Shown here: piece by piece, positions 39,159 through 49,016 of the stretch
How positions within the stretch are numbered: the stretch's first letter is position 1
Layout of the letters: every line of letters starts with the position of its first letter
The notes under the pieces: model-generated
The model's database searches: none
The model's input: the letters and a program-made list of their open reading frames with translations, nothing else
Told to the model about the DNA's origin: nothing
NCBI GenBank assembly: GCA_043767805.1
Contig: JAYUGC010000085.1
Location: forward strand, 1-64,000
DNA: 64,000 nucleotides
Direction: 5' to 3'
Source of the DNA: Pseudomonadota bacterium
GTDB lineage: Bacteria > Bdellovibrionota > FAC87 > UBA2466
Program-made: the position numbers and the translations under genes

Positions 39159-39943
39159 CCCCAAACTCGATGTTAACCATTGACGGTATAGTACTGGGTG
39201 GCGGGGCTGGAACCCGGTTCTCGGCTCATTTGCCCTCTCGTCTCCCCAAGCAGTTTCAAATGCTCGGGGCGGCGCCGGTTCTCGTCCACGCGGTACGAAG
39301 TCTCTTCTACCTGGAAGTGATCCGGAACGTGGTGGTGACGGCTCCCCTCGCGCTTTTGGAAGAGACCGAGTCTCTTCTCGCTTCGTACCTGCCGGAACAT
39401 AAAGAGCGGATCAACGTCGTCGGCGGCGGCGATCGCCGTCAGGACTCTTCCCGCCTCGCCATCGAGGCCATGGAGTCCGACGCCCCTACCCGCGTGCTCA
39501 TTCACGACGGCTGCCGACCCTTTCTCTCGACGGCTTTTCTGAAACGCATTCAAGAGCGCCTTTTGGACCGCTCTTATGGAGCGTGGATCCCGGTGGTTCC
39601 CATCACGGAAACCTTAAAGCGCGTCGAGAACCACCAGGTGGCCGAGACCATCGACCGCAGTCAGATCGTGCGGGTTCAGACTCCCCAAATTTTCGAGTAC
39701 ACCGTCATTCGCTCCTTGGTCGAGCAGGCGAAAGCTTTGGACGGGGCGCTTTTTACCGACGATGCCTCTCTTTGCGAGTACTACGGCATTCCCGTGGGTA
39801 CGTTCGTCGGCGACGATCGGAACCTCAAGCTCACTTACCAATTTGAACTTGAAACGCTGCGCGCCTTCCTCAAAGATGGCCCCGGAATCAGGGAGACGTC
39901 ATCCGCATGCGAACCGGAATCGGCTACGACATTCACCGCCTAG
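39155..39943 (+). CDS. ispD: MEP cytidylyltransferase
   Basis: GGGAGTRF..PKQF, GGDRRQDS, IHDGCRP, VQTPQ, TDDAS. Confidence 0.93.
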   Translation: MTPNSMLTIDGIVLGGGAGTRFSAHLPSRLPKQFQMLGAAPVLVHAVRSLFYLEVIRNVVVTAPLALLEETESLLASYLPEHKERINVVGGGDRRQDSSRLAIEAMESDAPTRVLIHDGCRPFLSTAFLKRIQERLLDRSYGAWIPVVPITETLKRVENHQVAETIDRSQIVRVQTPQIFEYTVIRSLVEQAKALDGALFTDDASLCEYYGIPVGTFVGDDRNLKLTYQFELETLRAFLKDGPGIRETSSACEPESATTFTA

Positions 39944-40395
39944 TCCCGCTCACCGAGCGTGGGAGCATCGCTCTCGGCGGCGTGACCATCCCCTGCCACT
40001 TTCAGCTGAGCGCCCACTCGGACGGCGACGTTCTGATTCACGCGGTCGTGGACGCGATGCTAGGCGCGCTGGCGCTAGGAGACATCGGACAATGGTTTCC
40101 CGACAGTCATCCGGATAACCGCGGCCGCTCCAGCTCCGAGTTTCTAGATTACGTCCACAAACACGTTCAAGGCATGGGTTACCGGGTCACTCAGATGGAC
40201 TCGGTCATCCTTCTCCAGGAACCGAAACTTGCGCCGCACATGCCGGCCATTCGCGAAAATCTCGCGCGTCTTTTGAACCTCGAGCTCTCTTCGGTCAGTG
40301 TGAAAGCAAAGACCATGGAATTGCTCGGCCCCATCGGCGAAGGCAAAGCCATCGCTTGCCATGCCGTGGTTAACGTAGAATCGAAGCACGGATGA
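39907..40395 (+). CDS. ispF: MECDP synthase
   Basis: GIGYDIH, AHSDGDVLIHA, GDIGQWFP, VKAKT. Confidence 0.96.
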   Translation: MRTGIGYDIHRLVPLTERGSIALGGVTIPCHFQLSAHSDGDVLIHAVVDAMLGALALGDIGQWFPDSHPDNRGRSSSEFLDYVHKHVQGMGYRVTQMDSVILLQEPKLAPHMPAIRENLARLLNLELSSVSVKAKTMELLGPIGEGKAIACHAVVNVESKHG

Positions 40396-41876
40396 TCCAG
40401 CTCACTAATACTCTCACGCGGAAAAAAGAGCCTTTCGTTCCCATGAATGAAGGCCAAGTGAAAATGTACGTCTGCGGCCCCACCGTGTACGGACTCACTC
40501 ATGTAGGCAATGCCCGTCCCGCGGTATTTTTCGACGTCGTCCGCCGTTACCTCGAGTACCGCGGCTTCAAAGTGACCTTCGTCTCGAACTATACGGACGT
40601 GGACGACAAGATCATCAATAAGGCACGCGAAGCGGGCAAAACGTCTTTGGAAATTTCCGAACATTTCGGCGAAGAGTACCGGGTCGACATGAATAACCTG
40701 GGCATCCGCCCGCCCGATCACGCGCCCAAAGTGACCGAGCACATTCCCCAGATCATCGCGTTCATAGAAGGGCTTATCAAGAACGGCTACGCCTACTCCG
40801 TCGCGGACGGTGAAGTGTTCTATGCGGTTCGCAAGTTCGAAGGCTACGGCAAGCTTTCCGGCAAAAAGATCGACGACCTTCTCACCGGCGTGCGCATCCA
40901 GCCGGGAGAGTTAAAGCGCGATCCTCTCGATTTCAGTCTCTGGAAGCCTCGCAAGAAAGAAGACGAGCCCGCGTGGGAAAGCCCGTGGGGACTGGGTCGC
41001 CCGGGCTGGCACATCGAGTGCTCCGCCATGGCAAAGCAATATCTCGGCGAGACGTTCGACATCCACGGCGGCGGCATCGATTTGGTGCATCCGCACCACG
41101 AGAACGAAGTCGCGCAGTCGGAAGGCTTCACGGGTAAACCATTCGCCAAGGTTTGGCTCCATAATCTTCTGCTGAACATCAATAACGAGAAAATGTCGAA
41201 GTCCCTAGGCAACATCTTCACGAACCGTGATTTCGTGAAGCGCTACGGCGCCGAGACCTTGAAGTTCATGCTCCTCTCGGGCCACTACCGCTCGAGCATC
41301 GATTTTTCCGATCGCCAGATCCAAGACGCCCAAGCGACGCTCCACCGTTTTTATTCCGCGGTGAAAAAGTGCGAGCCGCTCGCCTCGATGACGGACGCGC
41401 CCGCGAGCTACCGCTCTTCCACCGAAGAGAACGGCCTGCAGGAGTTCGGTAAAGGCTTCTTGAAGACGTTCGTGGAATCCATGGACGACGACTTGAACAC
41501 CGCGAAAGTCATCGGCAGCGTCTTTGAGTACGTGCGGATGCTGAACGGGTACCTCGATAAAAAAGGCTTCAAGCCGAATCAGTACTCGGTCGAGATTGCA
41601 AAGCAGCTTCTCTACAACAAAGGCGAGATGGGCAAGGTCCTAAACCTCTTCAACGAGGAAGCGCAAACGGTTCTCGATCTTTTGCGCAAAGGCGTGCTCG
41701 AAGAGCGCGGGCTTGCCGCCGCCGACATCGAGCAGGCCATCAAGGACCGCGTCCAAGCGCGCGTCGACAAAGACTTCGCCAAAGCCGACGCCATCCGAGA
41801 CGACCTCTTGAAAAAGGGAATCCAGCTCATGGACTCTCCGCAGGGAACCGTTTGGGACGTCTGTTTTACGAAATAA
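40392..41876 (+). CDS. cysS: Cysteine--tRNA ligase
   Basis: YVCGPTVY, HVGN, GRPGWHIECS, KMSKS. Confidence 0.97.
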   Translation: MIQLTNTLTRKKEPFVPMNEGQVKMYVCGPTVYGLTHVGNARPAVFFDVVRRYLEYRGFKVTFVSNYTDVDDKIINKAREAGKTSLEISEHFGEEYRVDMNNLGIRPPDHAPKVTEHIPQIIAFIEGLIKNGYAYSVADGEVFYAVRKFEGYGKLSGKKIDDLLTGVRIQPGELKRDPLDFSLWKPRKKEDEPAWESPWGLGRPGWHIECSAMAKQYLGETFDIHGGGIDLVHPHHENEVAQSEGFTGKPFAKVWLHNLLLNINNEKMSKSLGNIFTNRDFVKRYGAETLKFMLLSGHYRSSIDFSDRQIQDAQATLHRFYSAVKKCEPLASMTDAPASYRSSTEENGLQEFGKGFLKTFVESMDDDLNTAKVIGSVFEYVRMLNGYLDKKGFKPNQYSVEIAKQLLYNKGEMGKVLNLFNEEAQTVLDLLRKGVLEERGLAAADIEQAIKDRVQARVDKDFAKADAIRDDLLKKGIQLMDSPQGTVWDVCFTK

Positions 41877-42012
41877 AATCAATCGCTTAGTTAGCAACAC
41901 TTTCGCAAGGGTTGCGACGTACTCTCTAAGCATCCCGCCCTTTCATTTCGGTACGTGGGCTGACTGAACGTTTCAGTCGCCCGGCTGACGAAGGGTTTCG
42001 CTTAGGTGATGT

Positions 42013-42705
42013 ATGAACCCCCCCCTCTACTACCTTTCCCTCGCCGGAATGGTTTTGCTGTCATTGGCCTGTGGAAAAAATCCCGCGGGCGCGCAAGCTC
42101 CCATGGCCGCGGCGGAAACTACCTTGAGCTCCGAAATCGAGGCTTATGCGCAATCGAGTGGCGGACGCAGCGCCATCGGCGCTAGTGCCGGCGCCGATTA
42201 CGGTGGCGGCGTCAAAGGTACCGCCCTCCGGATCCTCGATGCCATCTATGGACCCAATCCGCTCGTCACTCGGGTCGCGGTAGGCGCGGCTGGACTCCAA
42301 ATGGGCCAGCCCAATTCGAGTGGCAACTTTCCGGCGGCGGCCAAAGGCGCGATCTTCGACAAAGACGCGAGCGGAAAGTTCCAGCTGAGCTCGGGCGATC
42401 CGACGCAAATTGGATCGATTCCCTACAATGCGCTCTACCTGTTTCTCGCGAGCGGCATCATTCCGGTCGCGGCGGGTGGCTCTGGTTTTTGCGCGGGAAT
42501 TCCGGGAAAAGCGGCGCAATCCGGCGTCTTCGCGCTTGGTCTCGGCTTCAGCTCCTCGTCCGGAGCCGTGGTCGGTTTCGCGGGTATGGCGGTTCGCACC
42601 GGCAATCAGTACCGGGCTTGCAGTCTCGCGGGTTGCACGAACGTGGCAACGGTCCCCTACCAGCTCGCCAATCCGTTCCCGCTTTGCGACCGACTCCTAA
42701 AGTAA
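42013..42705 (+). CDS. Hypothetical Gly/Ala-rich lipoprotein
   Basis: Lipobox SLAC; several Cys. Confidence 0.7.
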   Translation: MNPPLYYLSLAGMVLLSLACGKNPAGAQAPMAAAETTLSSEIEAYAQSSGGRSAIGASAGADYGGGVKGTALRILDAIYGPNPLVTRVAVGAAGLQMGQPNSSGNFPAAAKGAIFDKDASGKFQLSSGDPTQIGSIPYNALYLFLASGIIPVAAGGSGFCAGIPGKAAQSGVFALGLGFSSSSGAVVGFAGMAVRTGNQYRACSLAGCTNVATVPYQLANPFPLCDRLLK

Positions 42706-42715
42706 CCCTGTCGAT

Positions 42716-42767
42716 CAAAAGGTGTGTGGATACTTTTAGCGAGCTAAAAGTATCCACACACCTTTTG
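42716..42767. repeat. Perfect 25-bp inverted repeat (REP doublet)
   Basis: caaaaggtgtgtggatacttttagc-ga-gctaaaagtatccacacaccttttg between convergent genes. Confidence 0.92.
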
Positions 42768-42772
42768 GCGTT

Positions 42773-43435
42773 TTAGGGGATGGGGGTGCCGGCGCGGCCG
42801 GGGCGGAGAGAGCCCTTCGGGTCGACGGAGAGCCAGATGTAACTCACGCGGCCTTTGAGGGCGGTTAGCGGAACTGGCCCCCAGCTCCTGCCGTCGAGAC
42901 TTTCGGGACGGTTATCCCCAAGCGCGAAGAACGTGCCCTTCGGAATGTCGATGGGGCCGTACTCCCCTTTCGGATCAGGGCGGATCAAATGCTCTTCGCC
43001 CTCGCCCAAGCTTTCCCAAACTTGAGTCAACGGCGGGCTCGCTACCTGACGAAGGGCCGCCGGCACTTCGGTCTTCCGGTATTTCACGAAGGCATTGTTT
43101 AAAAAAATCTCGCCCTTCTTGATCTGTAGCCGGTCACCCTCTACCGCCACCACTCGTTTCACGTAGGTGTCCGAGCCCCGGCCCGGCAAATTGAAGGCAA
43201 TCACCTCGCCTCGCCGAGGCGAGCGGAACCGAAAGAGTTCATACGCCGAGAAAGGGAGTTTCAGATTGAACGCGCTCTTCGAGACGAAAACCAGATCGCC
43301 CGTCATTAAATTTGGCGCCATGGAGACTGAGGTGATGCGATAGTCTTCGAGCAGAAAAACCCGCACTCCGAGAGCGACCACCAGGGCCACCATGAAGACG
43401 CCGAACAACGATCGCATGCGGTCGAAAAAAGCCAT
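42773..43435 (-). CDS. lepB: Signal peptidase I
   Basis: SVSMAPNL, YVKRVVAVEGD, LGDNRPESLDGRSWG. Confidence 0.93.
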   Translation of the reverse strand: MAFFDRMRSLFGVFMVALVVALGVRVFLLEDYRITSVSMAPNLMTGDLVFVSKSAFNLKLPFSAYELFRFRSPRRGEVIAFNLPGRGSDTYVKRVVAVEGDRLQIKKGEIFLNNAFVKYRKTEVPAALRQVASPPLTQVWESLGEGEEHLIRPDPKGEYGPIDIPKGTFFALGDNRPESLDGRSWGPVPLTALKGRVSYIWLSVDPKGSLRPGRAGTPIP

Positions 43436-43441
43436 TTTCTC

Positions 43442-45241
43442 CTAATCGAGAGAAAGGGCGGCAAGGAAGGCTTCTTGGGGAATATCGACTTTTCCCACGC
43501 TCTTCATCCGCTTCTTACCCTCTTTTTGTTTCTCGAGGAGCTTACGCTTACGGGTGATGTCACCGCCGTAGCACTTCGCCAAAACGTTCTTTCTCATCGC
43601 CGGGATGCGCTCGCGCGACACGATCTTCGTGCCGATGGCTGCCTGGATGATGACCTCGTACATCTGCCGCTCGATGAGCTCTTTCATCTTAACGACTAAA
43701 TCGCGGCCGCGGTAATAGGACTTGTCCTTGTGCACGATCCAGCTGAGCGCGTCCACCGGATCGCCGTTAATGAGCAGATCGAGCTTCACGAGATTACTCG
43801 GCTCGAAGCGCACGATCTCGTAATCCATGCTCGCGTAGCCCTTGCTCACGCTTTTCAAGCGATCGTAAAAGTTCATCACCACTTCGTTGAAGGGGATGTC
43901 GTACTGCAGAAGAATGCGGCTCGGCGAATGGTAGTGCAGATTGGTCTGCTTCCCGCGCCGCTCTTCACAAAGCTTGATCAAGTTGCCGAGGTAAGTCTCC
44001 GGCGTATGAATGGTGAGCCGTACGATGGGCTCGTCGATATGATCGATGTTTTGCGTCGCCGGCATCTCCGACGGCTTATGAATCGTAATCATCTCGCCGG
44101 CGGTCGTATAGACGTTGTAAGCAACGGTGGGCGCCGTGGTAACCAAAGCCTGATCGAACTCGCGCTCCAGGCGCTCCTGCACGATCTCCATATGGAGAAG
44201 ACCCAGGAAGCCGCACCGGAAACCGAAACCTAGGGCATCGGAAGTCTCCGGCTCGAATACGATGGCGCTGTCGTTCAGCGAAAGCTTTTCGAGCGCGACC
44301 TTGAGGTTCGGGTACTCCGCGCCGTCCGTCGGGAAAATACCGGCGAACACCATGGGCTTCACTTCTTTGAAGCCCGAAAGCGGGGCCGTAGCCGGATTGT
44401 TCGCGAGCGTAATCGTATCGCCGATCTTAACGTCCTTAAGATCTTTCATGCCCGCGACCATGAAGCCCACTTCGCCGGCGGAAAGGCTATCCACGGGAAG
44501 TGTGTGCGGCGTAAAAACGCCGAGCTTCAGGCATTCGTAATCTTTTCCGGTGTGCATCATGCGTAACATATAAGACGGTTTGAGAGTCCCGTTCATGACA
44601 CGCAAAAGAATGACCACGCCCTGATAGGAATCGAACCAGGCGTCGTACACGAGCGCTTGAAGAGGCGCGTCGGAATCGCCCTTGGGACATGGAAGATGTT
44701 TCACCACCGCTTCGAGCACCAAGTCGATGTTGATGCCTTCCTTGGCGCTGATGGGAACCGTGAACTCCGTCGAGATGCCGATGATCTCTTCGATCTCTTT
44801 TTGCGTCTTTTCGACGTCGGCGCCGGGCAAGTCGATCTTATTCAAGACAGGTATGAGGGCCAGATTGTTTTCCGCCGCGAGGTACACGTTGGCGAGGGTC
44901 TGAGCTTCCACGCCTTGAGACGCATCCACCACCAAGATGGCGCCCTCACACGCAGCCAAGCTACGCGAGACTTCGTAAGTGAAGTCCACATGCCCCGGCG
45001 TATCGATGAGGTTCAGCGTGTAGGTATTGCCGTCTTCGGATTTGAATTTCAGACGGGCGGTTTGCGCCTTGATGGTAATGCCGCGCTCGCGCTCGATCTC
45101 GAGCTTATCGAGAAATTGCGACTTCATCTCACGTTTCGTGAGCGCGCCGGTGTACTCCATCAAGCGATCGGCGAGTGTCGATTTACCGTGATCGATGTGG
45201 GCGATGATGCTGAAATTTCGGATCTTACTGAGGTCGGTCAA
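43442..45241 (-). CDS. lepA: Elongation factor 4
   Basis: [38 protein letters not shown]. Confidence 0.98.
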   Translation of the reverse strand: MTDLSKIRNFSIIAHIDHGKSTLADRLMEYTGALTKREMKSQFLDKLEIERERGITIKAQTARLKFKSEDGNTYTLNLIDTPGHVDFTYEVSRSLAACEGAILVVDASQGVEAQTLANVYLAAENNLALIPVLNKIDLPGADVEKTQKEIEEIIGISTEFTVPISAKEGINIDLVLEAVVKHLPCPKGDSDAPLQALVYDAWFDSYQGVVILLRVMNGTLKPSYMLRMMHTGKDYECLKLGVFTPHTLPVDSLSAGEVGFMVAGMKDLKDVKIGDTITLANNPATAPLSGFKEVKPMVFAGIFPTDGAEYPNLKVALEKLSLNDSAIVFEPETSDALGFGFRCGFLGLLHMEIVQERLEREFDQALVTTAPTVAYNVYTTAGEMITIHKPSEMPATQNIDHIDEPIVRLTIHTPETYLGNLIKLCEERRGKQTNLHYHSPSRILLQYDIPFNEVVMNFYDRLKSVSKGYASMDYEIVRFEPSNLVKLDLLINGDPVDALSWIVHKDKSYYRGRDLVVKMKELIERQMYEVIIQAAIGTKIVSRERIPAMRKNVLAKCYGGDITRKRKLLEKQKEGKKRMKSVGKVDIPQEAFLAALSLD

Positions 45242-45468
45242 ACGTCTTTTTGACTGTTATGGGGCGAGTGCCGGTTGCCTTCCGTGGGCTCTTCCTGCAA
45301 AAGCATCATCTGCCCAGGCAGATTGTGCCGATACCGCTCCAAAACCAGGTCAATCCCTTCTCGAATGTACTCCGCGATTGGAACTTTGGTTTTCTGGTTC
45401 AATTGCTTCAGGAGGTTGTTTTGTTCCCGAGTAATGTAGACCGTGGTCGAAACCTTCTTCCCGTCCAT
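45238..45468 (-). CDS. Ribbon-helix-helix DNA-binding protein
   Basis: [14 protein letters not shown]...[17 protein letters not shown]. Confidence 0.85.
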   Translation of the reverse strand: MDGKKVSTTVYITREQNNLLKQLNQKTKVPIAEYIREGIDLVLERYRHNLPGQMMLLQEEPTEGNRHSPHNSQKDV

Positions 45469-45653
45469 GTTTCGTCCCCAAAATAAAAAAAGCTCACCCA
45501 AAAAAGCGGCGGCCTTTTAGAGAGTGTTCCTTATCAACCCGATAATCTACGATATATAACCATATATATATGTCAACGGTGGGTGCGGCGAGCCTCAGGC
45601 GGATTGGGTATTCGAAATAAAAGCGCAAGCCCCTCGCGCTTTTTACTCGTGCC

Positions 45654-46745
45654 TCAGTGACATTCCGGGCCAGCGAGAAGGTCGTCATCGCATTTAAACA
45701 CGCGCACCATCACCGTCTCGGGCCAGGTGTAGCGGGGGGTCGCGTTTTCATATCGTGCCTGGGACGGATAGTCGGAGTACATGAACTGCAAGTGGACCTG
45801 CACGGCCCCAGCCCGCTTCGGTAACTCTCCCTGGCATTCGACATTGAGCCACGCGTGGAGCGTCAGTTGCCGGATGTTGTCGACATAGTTGTTCGGAACA
45901 GACTCGTAGCTCCTTAACCGGAATTTCGGGCGGCTCCGGTGCCAGTGCAAATTGGAGAGAGAAAAAGCAGGTGGACGGCCAAGGCCACGGCGGCAACTGA
46001 GCTGAGCTTTGATTTTCTCGGTGAGATCGCGGCTCTCCATCGCATTCGAGATGAGCACCGTGGACGACGCGCCCGGGAGCTCGAGGTTGAGCACGATCAC
46101 GGTGAGCGGCACAGTGGCCGAGTCGGAAGTCACCGCTTGTGTCTGGGCCGAGAGAAGGACCCGCAGCCGGGCACAGAGCAAATCGAGGCGGGCGTGCTCG
46201 GAGGGAATCTTGAACGCGGGCTCCACGTGATGAGCGACTTCGTCCAGAAGGAGAGCGGCCGCAGTCGGAACGTCGATGGGCTCGGTGGTTCCCTTGAGCG
46301 TGCGTTTGTAGAGATGGCTTAAGTTAATCCAAATGAAGCTGTCCGAATCGTCTCCCGTTCGCGCCGAGCGAGGCGTACCGTGCGCAAGACCGTCCGGCTG
46401 AAAGGCGTTGGGCGCTTCTTTTTCGGAAAGAAACACGATGCGCTTCTCGTTCACGGGGTGCTTCTTCAACTCGACGTCGATCTTGTACAAAAGGTCCCGC
46501 TCGCGGGCATCGGTCGCGCAGGACGGGTTGGCCTGGCAAGCCCGAACGTAGCCAGGCAAGCGAAGGTACGCGAAGAGCAGATTCTTTTCCCCGGTACCGC
46601 CGCCGTTTCCGGCGCGATCTACCGGCAGGACGGGCTCGTCTTTTCGGCCGTTTCCGGCGCGATCGGCGGAAGGAATGTCGGGCTCCATCGCGGGGGCCAG
46701 GACTGAAACACAGAGAGCGATAGTGAGCAGCCAGATCTTACTCAT
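45654..46745 (-). CDS. Hypothetical secreted protein (GNGG-motif type, degenerate HExxH)
   Basis: Signal peptide; duplicated DRAGNG; LLLDEVAHH. Confidence 0.7.
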   Translation of the reverse strand: MSKIWLLTIALCVSVLAPAMEPDIPSADRAGNGRKDEPVLPVDRAGNGGGTGEKNLLFAYLRLPGYVRACQANPSCATDARERDLLYKIDVELKKHPVNEKRIVFLSEKEAPNAFQPDGLAHGTPRSARTGDDSDSFIWINLSHLYKRTLKGTTEPIDVPTAAALLLDEVAHHVEPAFKIPSEHARLDLLCARLRVLLSAQTQAVTSDSATVPLTVIVLNLELPGASSTVLISNAMESRDLTEKIKAQLSCRRGLGRPPAFSLSNLHWHRSRPKFRLRSYESVPNNYVDNIRQLTLHAWLNVECQGELPKRAGAVQVHLQFMYSDYPSQARYENATPRYTWPETVMVRVFKCDDDLLAGPECH

Positions 46746-47523
46746 GGGTGGTCCCCTTCTCATCCGTCGGAAAGAGTTGCAGGCACAAGGTATAAACTTC
46801 GGTGGCTTCGCCGGTCTCCAGGTACTGAGTCAGGCGATCTTCGAACTCGCGGATCATTCGCTTGGCTTGGGGCAAACGGCGAGGATCCGCTAAAAACGTC
46901 AGGGAGCCGAACTCCCGTTTCGCCGGAGCCACGCTTTCCAAAGCGCTCTCGGCTCTTTGAAAGTTTTGGATATGATGCTTGCGCAACGCCCCCGACGGAA
47001 TGTCGTCGTTCGTGTTCAGGCGAGCCACGGTACGTTTCAATTTTCCGTCTTCGATTTGGATCATCTGAAGGCGCTCGAGACGGAGTAAAGCCGTGCGCGT
47101 TTCCAGCGGCGAGATGCCGAGCTTACGCGCGATCCAGTCCGGCCGCGCTTGATTCTGCTTGAGGCGAGCGAGACTCAAAATGCCGTAGTGACACCAATCG
47201 GAGATGAGATGAAAGGTGTCATCGGGAAGGACCTGAGTCACTTCTCCGGTAGTCAGCGATTGCCGGGTTTTCACCTGCGCGAGCACCACGGCGGTTTCGC
47301 TGGGAGAGAGGCCGACGTTTTCGGCGACCTTCAGAAGATTCTTTTTCGAAAGGTTTCGTTTGAAAGCCAGCGCATCGGAGAGCGCCGTTTTACTGATGCC
47401 GAGGCTTCGCGCGAAGGCGCGCAGGGAATAAGCCGGGTTCCTTTTCTTGCGCTCGGCAAAGGTGTTTAGCAGCACTCGCTGGTAGCTCGAGGCATCTTGA
47501 TTAGAAGGAGCAACGAAAGACAC
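46738..47523 (-). CDS. TIGR02147/DUF4423 family HTH protein
   Basis: RKKRNPAYSLRAFARSLG, F..ISDW.HY.IL, WIARKLG, LRKHH, VY.LCLQLFP; AAGGAG SD before GTG 47523. Confidence 0.88.
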   Translation of the reverse strand: MSFVAPSNQDASSYQRVLLNTFAERKKRNPAYSLRAFARSLGISKTALSDALAFKRNLSKKNLLKVAENVGLSPSETAVVLAQVKTRQSLTTGEVTQVLPDDTFHLISDWCHYGILSLARLKQNQARPDWIARKLGISPLETRTALLRLERLQMIQIEDGKLKRTVARLNTNDDIPSGALRKHHIQNFQRAESALESVAPAKREFGSLTFLADPRRLPQAKRMIREFEDRLTQYLETGEATEVYTLCLQLFPTDEKGTTHE

Positions 47524-47583
47524 AAGGTCTCCTTTTTTAAGGGAGGCCTCTTTTAGCAATCCTGAACGCGACGAGTCAATTAC

Positions 47584-47627
47584 AAACGGGACAGGAGGTC
47601 CGACTGGCGACGGGAAAACGGGACAGG
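47584..47627. repeat. 12-bp direct repeat (aaacgggacagg x2)
   Basis: Copies at 47584-47595 and 47616-47627, upstream of the TIGR02147 gene. Confidence 0.7.
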
Positions 47628-47687
47628 GGTTCTAAGTAGGCGCTACTACTGTTCTTTCAAGCGCGGTTGAGCGCGCCTTGACAGTTA

Positions 47688-49016
47688 CTACAGCAAGTTC
47701 GTCGCGAGCTCCGAAAGCACCGAGCGTTCTCCTTTGGAGAGCGTGCAATGTGCCGAGACCTTCTCCTGCTTGAACCGCTCGACCACGTACGTGAGACCGT
47801 TGTTGGACGAGTCGATGTACGGGTTATCGATTTGGTAGCAGTCACCTGTGAGGACCACCTTCGTGCCTTCGCCGGCGCGAGTGATGATCGTCTTCATCTC
47901 ATGGGGAGTTAAGTTCTGGGCTTCGTCGACGATGAGAAACTGGTACGCCAAGCTTCGGCCGCGAATGTAAGTGAGCGGCTCGATGTGGAGCATGCCTTGG
48001 TTGATGAGCTCTTTCCACGCGCGGCGAGAGCCGCGTTTCGCGGGCTTGTCGACGCCGGCAAAAGACACGATGTAGTCGATGTTGTCGAAGATCGGCTGCA
48101 TCCAGGGATTCAACTTCTCTTCGATCTCGCCAGGTAAATAACCAATGTCTTTGCCCAGGGGGAAAATGGGACGCGAGACGAGGAGCTTCTGATAGCGGCC
48201 TTCGTCGATGGTCTTCTGCAAGCCGCAGGCGAGCGCCATCAAGGTTTTACCGGTACCGGCTTTACCGACGATGCTCACCAAAGAAATCTCGTCGTCGAGA
48301 AGAGCATCCATGATGAACTCTTGCTCGAAGTTACGCGGCTTGATACCCCAAACGCCCTGAGGCGGCACACGCAGAGGCACGAGCTGATGCTCTTGAGCCA
48401 CGTAACGGCCCAAAGCCATGTGCTCGGGATTTTTCTGATCGCGTAAGATGGTGTACGTGTTCGGCTGGAGCGTGCGATCGTCCATCGGCAAACGCTTTTG
48501 CGCGAGGAACTTATCGACGACGTCGCCAGGGACGTCATAGTGCAGGATACCCGTATAAAGATCGTCGAGAGTGACCCGGCTCGGCTCGAAGTCCACCGAG
48601 ACTAACCCAAGCGCATCCGCTTTCACGCGCAGGTTCACGTCTTTGGTGACGAAGTTGACCTGCATCTTCGGGTATTTTTCCCGTAGCTTCAGCGCGCCCG
48701 CGAGGATCTTGTGATCCATCTTCGAAGCTTGGAAATCTTCGGGCAGATATTTTTCGGCGTCGGGGATGAGCTCCACCATGAGCTTCCCGCCCTTACCCGT
48801 GTCCACCCCGGTGGTAAGGGAGCCCTTCTTTCGGACCTCGTCGAGGTAGCGCGAAAATTGCCGGGCGTTTCGCCCGATTTCCGACAGCTCTTTTTTGAAG
48901 TGATCGACCTCTTCGAGTACCGCGATGGGAATCACCACCCAGTTATCGTCGAAGCGGAAGAGGCACTGGGGATCGTAGAGAATGACGCTCGTGTCTAGAA
49001 CGAATATTTTGTTCAA
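47688..49016 (-). CDS. PIN-PhoH family protein (PhoH2/YlaK type)
   Basis: FVLDTSV PIN domain, GKAGTGKT, GYLPG, YIRGRS, DEAQN. Confidence 0.92.
   Translation of the reverse strand: MNKIFVLDTSVILYDPQCLFRFDDNWVVIPIAVLEEVDHFKKELSEIGRNARQFSRYLDEVRKKGSLTTGVDTGKGGKLMVELIPDAEKYLPEDFQASKMDHKILAGALKLREKYPKMQVNFVTKDVNLRVKADALGLVSVDFEPSRVTLDDLYTGILHYDVPGDVVDKFLAQKRLPMDDRTLQPNTYTILRDQKNPEHMALGRYVAQEHQLVPLRVPPQGVWGIKPRNFEQEFIMDALLDDEISLVSIVGKAGTGKTLMALACGLQKTIDEGRYQKLLVSRPIFPLGKDIGYLPGEIEEKLNPWMQPIFDNIDYIVSFAGVDKPAKRGSRRAWKELINQGMLHIEPLTYIRGRSLAYQFLIVDEAQNLTPHEMKTIITRAGEGTKVVLTGDCYQIDNPYIDSSNNGLTYVVERFKQEKVSAHCTLSKGERSVLSELATNLL

Noticed and set aside
47688..49016. Toxin-antitoxin module
   Set aside because: Ordinary PIN-PhoH fusion coupled to rseP, with no adjacent antitoxin gene.
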